A stretch of 19,935 nucleotides of DNA from Macrostomum lignano (GCA_002269645.1 NIVC01002004.1:1-19935); one strand, 5' to 3'; positions 1 to 14,272 are shown, numbered from the stretch's first letter. A program made the numbers and translations. The notes: a model not told the origin generated them from the sequence alone.

Positions 1-115
1 GTTTTGGAGTGCTTAGCTAGATTCTGGAGTGCTCAGTTAGCTTCTGGGTGCTCAATAAGTTTCTGGAGTGCTCAGTTAGCTTCTGGATGCTCAGTTAGCG
101 TCTATGGGGTGTCAG
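1..115. repeat. Degenerate ~20-bp tandem repeat (TTCTGGAGTGCTCAGTTAGC), about 5-6 copies, probably truncated by the window edge
   Basis: Near-identical units recur at about 20-bp spacing from position 1 to ~115. Confidence 0.75.
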
Positions 116-570
116 TCAGCTTCCATATAGGTGCATGTCAGTAATCGAAAGTAGCGTCAGAAGGGTACCCTATGCTTTAATCCGTCCACATGAACTCTCA
201 TCAAATCGATCATTAGCTATCAGATCTCGCTACATGCATAGAAGAGACAGCTCAATACAACTTTATAATTGCTCGCCTCCTAATTTGATGAGGCCCAGAG
301 ACTGGCGCTAATATTATTACGGACTCGGCAAACAGTTAGATGAAGGCTTAATATTTGAACAGCTATCAGAAAAGAGCCGGACTGACGGCAACAAGTAACA
401 GTTAAAAAGTGGGCGGGGCCAGACCCTCGATGAAAAAGTTAATTAGAACACTTTTCACTGTGTCCGAGGGCTATTTTTTGTCCACTAATTGGCTGACCAC
501 GGAGGCTGCAAGCTCAATAATTAGGCAAGAAAATTGTGCGAAACAAAGGTGAACTCCCACTTGAAGCGTA

Positions 571-4871
<4,301 letters not shown>

Positions 4872-4890
4872 CCACCCCCTGTTCTTCCAG

Positions 4891-6003
4891 TCAGACGCCG
4901 TGATGGGCCAGTCATCCAGCAGCGACCTTCGCCCAGAGCCGCCCCCGCCGCTGGCCTGGTTCCGAGTTCAGCGGCTGAGCAGCAGCAGCCTGCAGGCCGA
5001 CTGGAGCTGGGCCGCCCCCGTAGCCTCCAGCCACCTCCTTCTGGTGCCATCCGACGTTTCAACCGACGACAAATCCGAGCCGTCATCTTCCTCGTCTGCA
5101 GCCGGTGCACTGTCGCTGAGGCCGGCTCATCGAGTCCGACTGAGTCCCGCAGCGGAGACCTACTCAGTTGAGGACCTGCAGCCTGACACAGCCTACCGAG
5201 TCTGCCTGCAGTTCAGGCCAGCAGCGGCAGGTGCAGCTGCTCAGTCCAACACAACCAGCTCCAGTCGCCATCAGACGCGCCCAGTGGAGGCCATGCACTG
5301 CGTGGACGCGAGCACCAAGCAGGCGCACATTCCCGCCAGCATCGGCAGCTGTGTCGGCGCTCTGTGCGCCCTGCTACTCGTGCTCACCCTGGTGCTCCTG
5401 TCGCGGCGGACGAAACGCTATCGAAAAATCAATGAACGACAGACTTCGTCGAAACGAGTAGCGCAGGAAAGCGCGCTTCTGCAGCAGCAGCAGCAACAGC
5501 AAGCGGCTGCTGCGGCGGCTGCTGCGGCGGCTCCTCCTTCATCCCCATCAGCTCAACCGCAGCCTCCACCTCCGCCACCGCCGCCACCTCCCCTGGCGAC
5601 GCCCAGCCTGTGCGAGCCCGAATCTCTCCTCGATGCGGAAGCCACGTCCGCTTCGGAGCAGCAGCCAGGAACTCCCGCTGAAGCAACCGCAGTGTCAGAC
5701 CTGCCCCAGGAGATGTCCGCCTCATTAATATCCTCGTGCACCATCAACGGGCGCCAGGTGATCCAAGTGAATGAAACGGACGAATATTATATCGATCTGC
5801 GCCATTGCGAGACTCTGTCGCGTCAGCAGAGCCTGAGAACTGCAGCCACGCTGAGCGACACTGATGGAGCGCAAGAGGTGCAGGACAATTGTGAGGACTC
5901 AGATGACGAAAGGAAAGAGGCTGCAGATGAGGAAGAGTTGGTTGATCATCAGCAAACAGCAACTTCTGCACTGCTGTACACGCAGCTGATTGAGACACTA
6001 TGA
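4891..6003 (+). CDS. Terminal exon of a single-pass membrane protein: fibronectin type III domain, TM helix and Q/A/P-rich cytoplasmic tail (LRR-FN3/LRFN/FLRT-like architecture; upstream exons not identified in the window)
   Basis: Acceptor CTAAC-CCACCCCCTGTTCTTCCAG|TCA at 4890/4891 is in frame with the 367-aa ORF. FN3 signature W...YSVEDLQPDTAYRVCL. Hydrophobic IGSCVGALCALLLVLTLVLLS is followed by the basic stop-transfer RRTKRYRK. Stop TGA at 6001-6003. AATAAA hexamers occur at ~7074-7210. Confidence 0.8.
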   Translation, partial: SDAVMGQSSSSDLRPEPPPPLAWFRVQRLSSSSLQADWSWAAPVASSHLLLVPSDVSTDDKSEPSSSSSAAGALSLRPAHRVRLSPAAETYSVEDLQPDTAYRVCLQFRPAAAGAAAQSNTTSSSRHQTRPVEAMHCVDASTKQAHIPASIGSCVGALCALLLVLTLVLLSRRTKRYRKINERQTSSKRVAQESALLQQQQQQQAAAAAAAAAAPPSSPSAQPQPPPPPPPPPPLATPSLCEPESLLDAEATSASEQQPGTPAEATAVSDLPQEMSASLISSCTINGRQVIQVNETDEYYIDLRHCETLSRQQSLRTAATLSDTDGAQEVQDNCEDSDDERKEAADEEELVDHQQTATSALLYTQLIETL

Positions 6004-6121
6004 AATGCTTTATTACTCAGAGTATGTATCAGGGGTTGGCAGACTCCGGCCCTACTCCGGCCCTCCTATCTGTTCAGCCTTCGGATTCTTTGGAACTTCA
6101 CAGTCTCTTCTCAGATCTCTT

Positions 6122-6650
6122 CTGTCTTGTCTCACATCTCTCTCCCCTTTTCTCTCCTGTCTCACATCTTCTCTCTACCCTTTTCTCTGCTGTCTCACAT
6201 CTTCTCTCTACTCCTCTTCTCTCCTGTCTCACATCTTCTCTCTACCCTCTTCTCTCCTGTCTCACATCTTCTCTCTACCCTCTTCTCTCCTGTCTCACAT
6301 CTTCTCTCTACCCTCTTCTCTCCTGTCTCACATCTTCTCTCTACCCTCTTCTCTCCTGTCTCACATCTTCTCTCTACCCTCTTCTCTCCTGTCTCACATC
6401 TTCTCTCTACCCTCTTCTCTCCTGTCTCACATCTTCTCTCTACCCTCTTCTCTCCTGTCTCACATCTTCTCTCTACCCTCTTCTCTCCTGTCTCACATCT
6501 TCTCTCTACCCTCTTCTCTCCTGTCTCACATCTTCTCTCTACCCTCTTCTCTCCTGTCTCACATCTTCTCTCTACCCTCTTCTCTCCTGTCTCACATCTT
6601 CTCTCTACCCTCTTCTCTCCTGTCTCACATCTTCTCTCTACCCTTTTCTC
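6122..6650. repeat. 33-bp pyrimidine-rich minisatellite (CTCTCCTGTCTCACATCTTCTCTCTACCCTCTT), ~16 copies
   Basis: Tandem units are visible. They produce the spurious 11-aa repeat ORFs (SSLLSHIFSLP etc.). Confidence 0.97.
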
Positions 6651-7744
6651 TCTCTCCTCTTCTCTGTTCCCTATTTTCTCTTCCCTCCTCTCACCCTCTT
6701 TGATTTTTTTCTTGGCCTCTTATCATCTCTTCTCTCTTCCCTAATATTTTCTCCCATCTAACCAATCTCTTATCTCATTTCCCCTCTTATCTCACAAATC
6801 TCTTATCTCATCTTCTCCCACGCCTATACTTTCCTCTCTCTTCTCTTATCTCTATCCCCTCTCCTTTCCTCTCTCCCCTGTCTCGCAACCATAAGTTAGA
6901 TTCTTTATCTGGTCTGTAAAAGAAGCAAACAAAAAGTTTGCCAACTCCTGATTTTTGCTTAAACTCCAACAACCCAAATTTTCAAATTTTCAAGTTCACA
7001 GGAAATCGCTAGATTCCAGACCCTAAATTTAGATTTTCAGTGTGCCGCAATACTCAAAAATGTTTGAATTGTTAATAAAATTGTTCACTTTCACACGACA
7101 ATAAAAGCAGAAAAAATTGTCAATGGGATTTCAAAGTGGACCAACCAGTGTCCATTGCTTACTAAAGTAAATTTTTTATTGCTGAATAAATTGCATGTCT
7201 AAAATAAAAGTGCAGTTGGGTTATAGCGTTTAGCGACGCGAATTTACGAATTGTAATCACTATGACAAGGGATGGGCTTTTACAAGATTACTTCGGATAA
7301 AAACTTACACAAGAGCAGAACTTTCACCAGATCGGAACTTTCATAAGATCGGAACTATTATACATGCTCCAAACTTCAAATAGAAGGGATACTGTTCAAC
7401 AAAATCGCTAAAATAAATCAGCACACTACTTATAGTAGCATTACTTTATAAGCAAGCTTTTCAAAATTAAAAAGAATGAACCAAATTATATAGGATGAAG
7501 CCTTAATGTATGACGAGTAGGATGTTTTCAATGCTTTTAGCGTCTCCAACTACGAGCAATACACAGAAGTAAGGGTTGGAACATTGAAAACATCGAGCAA
7601 CTGACAACTGTGAAACTGGAAACTGTTTTTTAAACTGCATTAAAATAACATTAGAGTATTGTAGTATGGATTTATCGCGAGGTAAGTGTAGGTAAAATTT
7701 TGAAATACACACTTTTTTCGGGAGGGAGGAAGTCGCCCCAAATC

Positions 7745-8320
7745 ACCAATCAAGAGACAGGGGGCGCCAATCAAGAGACAGGGGGCGCCAATCAAAAGAC
7801 AAGGGGCGCCAATCAAGAGACAGGGGCGCCAATCCAGAGACAGGGGACGTCAATCAAGAGACAGGGGCGCCAATCCAGAGACAGGGGGCGCCAATCCAGA
7901 GACAGGGGCGCCAATCCAGAGACAGGGGCGCCAATCCAGAGACAGGGGGCGCCAATCCAGAGACAGGGGGCGCCAATCCAGAGACAGGGGGCGCCAATCC
8001 AGAGACAGGGGGCGCCAATCCAGAGACAGACCACTGGCGACCACTGAGAGACAGGGGCGACCACTGAGAGACAGGGGCGACCACTGAGAGACAGGGGCGA
8101 CCACTGAGAGACAGGGGCGACCACTGAGAGACAGGGGCGACCACTGAGAGACAGGGGCGACCACTGAGAGACAGGGGCGACCACTGAGAGACAGGGGCGA
8201 CCACTGAGAGACAGGGGCGACCACTGAGAGACAGGGGCGACCACTGAGAGACAGGGGCGACCACTGAGAGACAGGGGCGACCACTGAGAGACAGGGGCGA
8301 CCACTGAGAGACAGGGGGCG
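7745..8320. repeat. Compound 20-21-bp minisatellite: AGAGACAGGGG(G)CGCCAATCC (7745-8028) switching to CCACTGAGAGACAGGGGCGA (8031-8320, ~14 copies)
   Basis: Two blocks of tandem units share the core GAGACAGGGGCG. Confidence 0.97.
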
Positions 8321-8366
8321 ATCACCAAGAGCGCCATCACTGCTTGGAAGTATAGAGCTACATCTG

Positions 8367-8372
8367 TTTATT
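8367..8372 (-). terminator. Candidate polyadenylation signal of the PanK-like gene
   Basis: AATAAA on the - strand ~60 nt downstream of the stop codon at 8434-8436. Confidence 0.5.
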
Positions 8373-8433
8373 AAAAAACCATTCCAAAGTTGAAACACAT
8401 ATCACGAGCTGTCAATCATTGCTGAGTAACCTT

Positions 8434-8729
8434 TCAAGCAACAGAGAATTTGAGCACATTGGGCACCAGCTCGTTAGCCGACACCAGAGCTCCAATGCTG
8501 CCAACTTGGGCGCCAACCTTCAAGAAGTGGTGGTTGAACCCGGCTCTGTGCAGCCGAAACGAGCGCGCGTTTTCGAATTCCCGCCGAAACAGCGAGTGAC
8601 GAAAACAGCTGCCGCCCAAGTAGACGTTATTGACCTGCGCGTCTGAGGCGAATGACAGGATAGTGCTGAACAGGTTGAAGCAGAACAGGGACACCAGAGA
8701 CCGGGCCACGTCTTCGCGTTTTGCTGCGG
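8434..8729 (-). CDS. PANK-like: PanK-like gene, last exon (KREDVARSLV...VYLGGSCFRH...VGSIGAL); acceptor at 8729 or 8723
   Basis: Matches the type II PanK C-terminal motifs (EDIARSLL, FxGxFxR, GAxGA). The pyrimidine tract plus CCGCAG|CCGCAG tandem acceptors are both phase 1, consistent with the upstream donor. Confidence 0.82.
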
Positions 8730-8877
8730 CTGCGGTTGTTTTTGGGGAAAGGGGGTGGAAAAGGAAAAGTAAGCGGTAATTGTTTTAATTGTAAACTACT
8801 GCCTAGTGTGAGAATGAGTAATAATTAATGAGTATTCGACAATTATTTGCAAAGAGTGCAAATCGCGCTTCTGACTC

Positions 8878-9445
8878 ACTTTTAATCCGCCTGTGATTTC
8901 TAAGCTCCCCCTTAATCCACCTGTGATCTTTAATCTGCCCTTTAATCCGCCTCTAAGCTCCACTTTAATCCGCCGGTGATATTTAATCTCAGCTCCCCTC
9001 TAATCCACCTGTGGTCTCTAAGCTCCCCTTTAATCCACCTGTGGTCTCTAAGCTCCCCTTTAATCCACCTGTGGTCTCTAAGCTCCCCTTTAATCCACAT
9101 GTGGTCTCTAAGCTCCCCTTTAATCCACATGTGGTCTCTAAGCTCTTTAATCCCTTTAATCCACATGTGGTCTCTAAGCTCCCCTTTAATCCACCTGTAG
9201 TCTCTAAGCTCCTCTTTAATCCACCTGTGATCTTCAATCTCCCCTTTAATCCACCTGTGATCTTCGATCTCCCCTTTAATCCACATGTGATCTTCAATCT
9301 CCCCTTTAATCCACCTGTGATCTTCGATCTCCCCTTTAATCCACATGTGATCTTCGATCTCCCCTTTAATCCACCTGTGATCTTCGATCTCCCCTTTAAT
9401 CCACATGTGATCTTCAATCTCCCCTTTAATCCACCTGTGATCTTC
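8878..9445. repeat. 30-bp intronic minisatellite (CCCCTTTAATCCACCTGTGGTCTCTAAGCT / ...GTGATCTTCAATCT), ~19 copies
   Basis: Tandem units are visible and explain the 10-aa repeat ORFs at 8942-9466. Confidence 0.97.
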
Positions 9446-9519
9446 AAGCGCTACTTGAGTCTCTAATTACAGGTGCTACAAACGGAGATTTCAAAGCCAG
9501 GTGTTATCCCAGCACCCAC

Positions 9520-9861
9520 CAGCCGTCACGGAGGCGTTGGCGATCTTGCCCAGATGCACCAGCGGGATGTCGCCATCGTAGGCTCCGAACGGATGCAACG
9601 GATCCTCAGCCGTGAGCTCGTCAATCTTCAGGTCCACGTTGTCCCGATCTCCGGCCTCGGCCAGGCGGACAATTTCTTCGAAATCAGCCGTGCCAAGAAG
9701 CAGACTGGCCAGGCCGGCCAGGGTCTTGCAGGAGAAGAAGGACAGCGACAGCCTCACAGCTTCGCCGCTCTCGTTCACGATGCACATGCCGACGCTGCTG
9801 CCTGCGTTCACCAGCACCGCGGGGAACTTGCCGGACCCGCTGGCGGCCGGGTCATTGTCCG
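9520..9861 (-). CDS. PANK-like: PanK-like gene, middle exon (FPAVLVNAGSSVG...VRLSLSFFSCKTLAGLASLLLG...AGDRDNVDLKI)
   Basis: Collinear with the PanK consensus YPxLLVNIGSGVS...RVxGxSLGGGTFxGLxxLLTG...GDxxxVDxLVxDI. Acceptor CCCTTCCCAAAATCGCAG|CG and donor G|GTGGGT. The 342-nt exon is phase 1 at both ends. Confidence 0.85.
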
Positions 9862-9934
9862 CTGCGATTTTGGGAAGGGAAATTAAGCAAGGCATTATAA
9901 AAGGGGAGGGGTTGCATTGTATTTGGAACAATAC

Positions 9935-11168
9935 TGTGTCAGACATTCAGAAATAAGTGTCAAAAATTACTGAAATGAGTGTCAGACATGCTGAAATAAG
10001 TGTCAGACATACTGAAATAAGTGTCAGGCATACTGAAATAAGTGTCAGGCATACTGAAATAAGTGTCAGACATTACTAAAACAATTGTGTCAGACATGCT
10101 GAAATGAGTGTCAGACAAGCTGAAACAAGTGTCAGACATACTGAAATAAGTGTCAGACATACTGAAATAAGCGTCAGGCATACTGAAATAAGTGTCAGAA
10201 ATACAGAAATAAGTGTCAGATATACTGAAATAAGTGTCTGACATACTGAAATAAGTGTCAGACATACTGAAATAAGTGTCAGATAGACTGAAATGAGTGT
10301 CAGACATACTAAAATGAGTGTCAGACATACTGAAATAGGTGTCAGATAGACTGAAATAGGTCTGAAATAGGACATACTGAAAAGTGTCAGATAGTACTGA
10401 AAAGCGTAAGAAATACTGAAATAAGTGTCGGACACAATAAAATAAGTGTCAGACATTCTGAAATAAGTCTCAGACACAATAAAATAAGCGTCAGACATTC
10501 TGAAATAAGTGTCAGACACAATAAAATAAGTGTCAGACATTCTGAAATAAGTGTCAGATAGACTGAAATGAGTGTCAGACATACTAAAATGAGTGTCAGA
10601 CATGTTGAAACAAGTGTCAGACATACTGAAATAGGTGTCAGACATACTGAAAAGTGTCAGATAGTACTGAAAAGTGCTAGACCTACTGAAAAGTGTCAGA
10701 TAGTACTGAAAAGTGCCAGACATTCTGAAATATAAGTGTCAGACACAATAAAATAAGTGCCAGACATTCTGAAATAAGTGTCAGACACAATAAAATAAGT
10801 GCCAGACATTCTGAAATAAGTGTCAGACACAATAAAATAAGCGTCAGACACAATAAAATAAGCGTCAGACATTCTGAAATAAGTGTCAGACACAATAAAA
10901 TAAGCGTCAGACATTCTGAAATAAGTGTCAGACGCAATAAAATAAGCGTCAGACATTCTGAAATAAGTGTCAGACACAATAAAATAAGCGTCAGACATTC
11001 TTAAATAAGTGTCAGACACAATAAAAATAAGCGTCAGATATTCTGAAATAAGTGTCAGACACAATAAAAATAAGCGTCAGATATTCTGAAATAAGTGTCA
11101 GACACAATAAAAATAAGCGTCAGACACAATAAAAATAAGCGTCAGACATTCTGAAATAAGTGTCAGAC
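9935..11168. repeat. 20-21-bp intronic minisatellite (CTGAAATAAGTGTCAGACATA and variants), ~59 copies
   Basis: Tandem units fill nearly all of the intron and explain the MSDTYFS/CLTLISE repeat ORFs. Confidence 0.97.
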
Positions 11169-11172
11169 TAAC

Positions 11173-11644
11173 CAGCGGCAGTCTCCAAGTCCACCAAGCG
11201 ACCAGAGGAGCTCTTGCAGAAGCACGGGTCGGTGGCCTCGTGCTGATAGAACAGATCTGCCGGGTCCAGGTTCTCCACAGCCCAATAGTAGCCCCGAATC
11301 CAGCAGAGCGGCTCCACCACAAACTCGGACGAGGCCCCTAGCAACTGGTTGAACTGCTGCTCGTGCTTGTACCCGACGCCCGTCACCTTCACCACGTCGC
11401 TACCGTCCCGCTGCAACAGCCGGCACTCCTCCCTGATGATGTCGAGTCCGTCATTGAAGTCGGCATTTTTCATCAACAGAAAGTGCATGTTATAGGAAGT
11501 TGAATCGCGTTCAGTAATGAATAACATTTTGGTTAGCAAGCTGCCGCTATCGATGGCCACCCGAGATGATGTGGCCGGGTCCAGGGCAGCTTTCGGCACA
11601 GGTATGACCAAGCGTTCGACTGTAGACGTTGCACTGGATGCCAT
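11173..11644 (-). CDS. PANK-like: PanK-like gene, first recognisable coding exon (MASSAT...RVAIDSGSLLTK...KVTGVGYKH...VEPLCWIRG)
   Basis: Resembles the PanK motifs AIDIGGSLxK, TGGGAxK and ExxCLxxG. ATG at 11644-11642; donor G|GTTAGT at 11173/11172 (phase 1). The spliced ORF is 472+342+290/296 nt = 367/369 aa, the size of a single-domain type II PanK. The true 5' end may lie further upstream. Confidence 0.82.
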
Positions 11645-12469
11645 GATTTGGATTAGAACGATTTGAAACTGAATCAGCAGTTTGGGATTCAATCGGCGTG
11701 TCCCAGTGTTGGCGAGATTGGGGCAGAAATATATAAAAGGCTGGTGTGGGCATGCAGTGTACAACAACTTGGGGAAGAGGCGAGGAGAGAGTGCCGGTCG
11801 GAACTGCGCAGACCCACTACCCCCCTCTCTCCCTTCTCGTCCACTCCTCGCTTGGCTAAGTGTACATGTAGCTCTATGCCGATAGACAGGGGACTGACCT
11901 AAGGGTACTGAGTCGTCATGTACACTGTAGCCTGATATATCCTGAGCGTACTCTATCTGGGAGAGTGCACTTACAGGATTGATAAAGGGTAGAAAGAAGT
12001 TTTGTAACGCATAAATGCTGTATTAAAAACGGAACAACTGGACTGTAATATAATGTGTGGATATACACTGTACACCATGTACTGATACAGACTGTAATTA
12101 TTACATGTATCTACACTACAAGTACATTGGGAATAGCAGCATGTACGCTAACTTATGAATCCATGGTCCACTTCCAACCGGTTTACTCGCAGCATCCTAT
12201 TAGATTTATGATTTATGACATTCAGCTGTATGTTCTTTTCCTCATATCGTAGCAATTACTCGAGCAGCGCATGTACAAACTAAGGTCAAAATAATCATAG
12301 CTTAAAATTTTATACAACAAAAATCTATAAGTATACAGGCTGTAAGGTTCCGTCGATCCACCTATACTAAATCTCTAAGATCTTAATATTAAATGTACTA
12401 AAAATCATATAATTGCAATGTGATCGTTAAGCTATTAAAACACTAGTACGAAACATGAAACAATGTTGG

Positions 12470-13297
12470 TGTCTGTCACAGTGACAGATGGAGACCACTC
12501 TCATATTGACAGATGGGACTGTCACAGTGGCAGATGGAGACCACTCTCATATTGACAGATGGGACTGTCACAGTGGCAGATGGAGATCACTCTCACATTG
12601 ACAGATGAAGGTGACTGTCACAGTGACAGATGGAGTGACTGTCACAGTGACAGATGGAGTGACTGTCACAGTGACAGATGGAGTGACTGTCACAGTGACA
12701 GATGGAGTGACTGTCACAGTGACAGATGGAGTGACTGTCACAGTGACAGATGGAGGTAAGTGTCAGTGACAGATAGAGGTGACTGTCACAGTGACAGATG
12801 GAAGTGACTGTCACAGTGGCAGATAGGGGTGACTTTCACGTGTGACAGATGGAAGTGACAGATAGAGGTGACTGTCACAGTGGCAGATGGGGTTGACTGT
12901 CACAATGACAGATTGGGTGTAACTGTCACATTTACAGATGGAGGTGACTGACACAGTGACAGATGGAAGTGACTGTCACAGTGAAAGATAGAGGTGACCA
13001 TCACAGTGACAGATAGAGGTGACCATCACAGTGACAGATAGAGGTGACCATCACAGTGACAGATAGAGGTGACCATCACAGTGAAAGATAGAGGTGACCA
13101 TCACAGTGACAGATGGAGGTGACCATCACAGTGACAGATGGAGGTGACCATCACAGTGACAGAGGTGATCGTCACAGTGACAAATGGAGGTGACCATCAC
13201 AGTGACAGAGGTGATCGTCACAGTGACAGATGGAGGTGACCATCACAGTGACAGATGGAGGTGACCATCACAGTGACAGATGGAGGTGACTGTCACA
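12470..13297. repeat. 24-bp minisatellite (GTGACTGTCACAGTGACAGATGGA and GTGACCATCACAGTGACAGATAGAG variants), ~34 copies
   Basis: Tandem units are visible and explain the CHSDRWSD/ICHCDSHS ORFs. Confidence 0.96.
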
Positions 13298-13902
13298 ATT
13301 ATAAAATCGTGAATCATACAAGCCCGAAGTCAAGTGAACATATCCATTGAGCCAATTGACGCTAGCATTAGAGACAAAAACCGCAAGTCACACCCACTGG
13401 TTTATTATTTAAGCAATAATTACATACTGATCAAATGAGTACATAATCGTACTATAAAATTATAACAACGCAATCTGATACTATATTTATTATTAAGTAA
13501 GCAAGCGGAAATGAAAATCGAGCACAGTCGGCCGCATATAGTGCTTAGATATGAGTAGTGATCAGTCAGTGTTCGATAGGGAAAGATAAAAAAAACACGA
13601 AATAAAAAATCATATCTGCCTTCATGGTCATGCGACAGACACGAATTTAAATATAAATTTGGCAACATGACAGACAAAAAAACACACACCACACTACTTA
13701 GCAGTTTGTTCGCCAAGAAGTAGTAGCTAACAGAGCAAATGCTTAAATATATTAATCTACTAAGATTTTTATTAAAGCATTCTCGTCCTCAGAACGTAGC
13801 AAGAAACCTCTGATAGATTCTTCTTCAGGCAATATTCAATATTGGACCTGGTTGCTAAGGGGATGTTTGCGAAAATATAACAGCAGAAGAGATAGACTAA
13901 CA

Positions 13903-13976
13903 TTATCGTACTGATCTGTTTATGACAATGCGATCCAGTCTGCCAGCTCCTGATGCAGTGGACGCCGAGGACCGGC
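13903..13976 (-). CDS. Small exon (GRSSASTASGAGRLDRIVINRS[VR*]): either a terminal exon (stop at 13903-13905) or an internal exon using the donor at 13912
   Basis: Acceptor TTTCTCCATTGCAG|GC at 13976 is phase-compatible with the donor at 14328. There is a possible donor TCA|GTACGA, and an AATAAA on the - strand at ~13767-13772. Confidence 0.45.
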
Positions 13977-14099
13977 CTGCAATGGAGAAATTGATGTAAA
14001 GATTAAATTAAGAGTAAGTACGATGAATTCCATTGAGACGATAAAATGAAATAAAAGATTATGGAGACGAGAAGCTGAGGGAGGGGAAGAAGAAATTAA

Positions 14100-14272
14100 G
14101 AGAGAAGGTAAAGGAGAGGGTAGAGGGTAAAGGAGAGGGTAGAAGGTAAAGGAGAGGGTAGAAGGTAAAGGAGAGGGTAGAGGGTAAAGGAGAGGGTAGA
14201 GGGTAAAGGAGAGGGTAGAGGGTAAAGGAGAGGGTAGAGGGTAAAGTAGAGGGTAGAGGGTAAAGGAGAGGG
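14100..14272. repeat. 19-bp purine-rich minisatellite (GGAGAGGGTAGAGGGTAAA), ~9 copies
   Basis: Tandem units are visible. They occupy the predicted intron between 13977 and 14327. Confidence 0.93.

Noticed and set aside
280-320. Hammerhead-like TTGATGAG-GCC-cagagact-GGC
   Set aside because: C3 is missing, there is no GAAA after stem II, and no stem I or stem III.
380-400. 15-nt match GACTGACGGCAACAA with 19771-19785 (and TCTTCAAGCGCTAC at 9441 with 19607)
   Set aside because: Isolated short matches with no flanking homology and no PLE-like translation around 380 or 9441; treated as chance.
312-400. Upstream exon of the FN3-TM gene ending at AA|GTAACA
   Set aside because: Only ~28 open codons with no acceptor or recognisable motif.
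7317-7360. Three ~16-bp repeats (GATCGGAACTTTC)
   Set aside because: Too short and isolated to assign any function or element end.
7745-13297. CRISPR-like appearance of regular short repeats
   Set aside because: Units are contiguous with no unique spacers, there are no cas genes, and the context is eukaryotic.
13790-13850. CTGAAGAAG on the - strand as a hammerhead core
   Set aside because: No clean stem II followed by GAAA.
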